A program made the translations under genes and the position numbers. A model generated the notes under the pieces. That model was given only the letters and a program-made list of their open reading frames with translations. It did not search any database and had not been told where the DNA came from. A DNA stretch of 62,942 nucleotides, filler included, from Hausera hauseri (lineage: Eukaryota), in the NCBI GenBank assembly GCA_046269625.1. It is 13 parts of 13 records of this genome, joined end to end, with 100 filler letters (N's around TTAATTAATTAA, not from the genome) between each part and the next. Parts side by side here need not be neighbours in the genome. Positions count along the whole stretch, not along the records: positions 58,868 to 62,942 come from JBJURY010778315.1; 12 more parts are not named here. The stretch is one strand, 5' to 3'. Positions 62,791 through 62,942 of this stretch are shown here, piece after piece (positions within the stretch are counted from its first letter, which is position 1; each line of letters begins with the position of its first letter).

Positions 62791-62828
62791 TTAATATCAA
62801 AGGTGGAGCAGTACTTGAATCACTGCCT

Positions 62829-62942
62829 AGTAGGGGAAAAATACCGCTTCTGGCTCAACCCCCCCGGGGGGGGGTTGGATCGATAAATCGATTTGCACAT
62901 GTGCCGATCGATAGAGCACCCGGAACACTATCGATCCATAAA
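62829..62942 (+). mobile_element. AGTAG-type repeat (copy C), start only
   Basis: AGTAGGGGAAAAAT..., a GC palindrome AACCCCCCCGGGGGGGGTT, then tcgataaatcgatttgcacatgtgccgat as in copies A and B. Confidence 0.72.

Noticed and set aside
58868-62942. Treating contig 13 as a single Polinton ending in the TIR at 62829
   Set aside because: The AGTAG terminus points out of the window and interrupts a piggyBac remnant, so it belongs to a different, later insertion. Polinton linkage of the TBP-like gene rests on contig 11 only.

Overview
This window is not one locus. It is 13 short eukaryotic (animal) contigs joined by 12 artificial 100-nt linkers (N44-TTAATTAATTAA-N44). The contigs are 1-6740, 6841-11085, 11186-16880, 16981-21059, 21160-25262, 25363-29338, 29439-33445, 33546-40266, 40367-45244, 45345-50269, 50370-54343, 54444-58767 and 58868-62942. 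Most of the sequence is mobile DNA: several decayed copies of one Ty3/Gypsy family; many Polinton/Maverick (adintovirus-like) fragments (pPolB x3, integrase x2, packaging ATPase, two penton-like genes); an intact Kolobok/Mutator-like DNA transposon; an intact Jockey-clade LINE; and mariner, piggyBac, Tc1 and RTE remnants. Host genes include a 7-exon TRAF gene with tiny phase-0 introns, one mGluR exon, and intronless decayed fragments of GARNL3, PDI and CLPTM1. Four things stand out. (1) An LTR element with a tRNA-Arg-type PBS whose Gag runs into a long unknown region, a ubiquitin-like domain and a chuvirus-type glycoprotein, with no recognisable pol; a related element carries a RING finger just before its 3' LTR. 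(2) A miniature TATA-binding-protein-like gene present twice, once directly beside a Polinton packaging ATPase. (3) An AGTAGGGGAAAAAT-terminated repeat inserted into three different elements, whose variable 7-nt subterminal code co-varies with a complementary partner about 400 nt away. (4) A terminally redundant contig with an intronless GARNL3 fragment between a Gypsy LTR and RNaseH-integrase. All family assignments come from reading motifs by eye; no database search was run.
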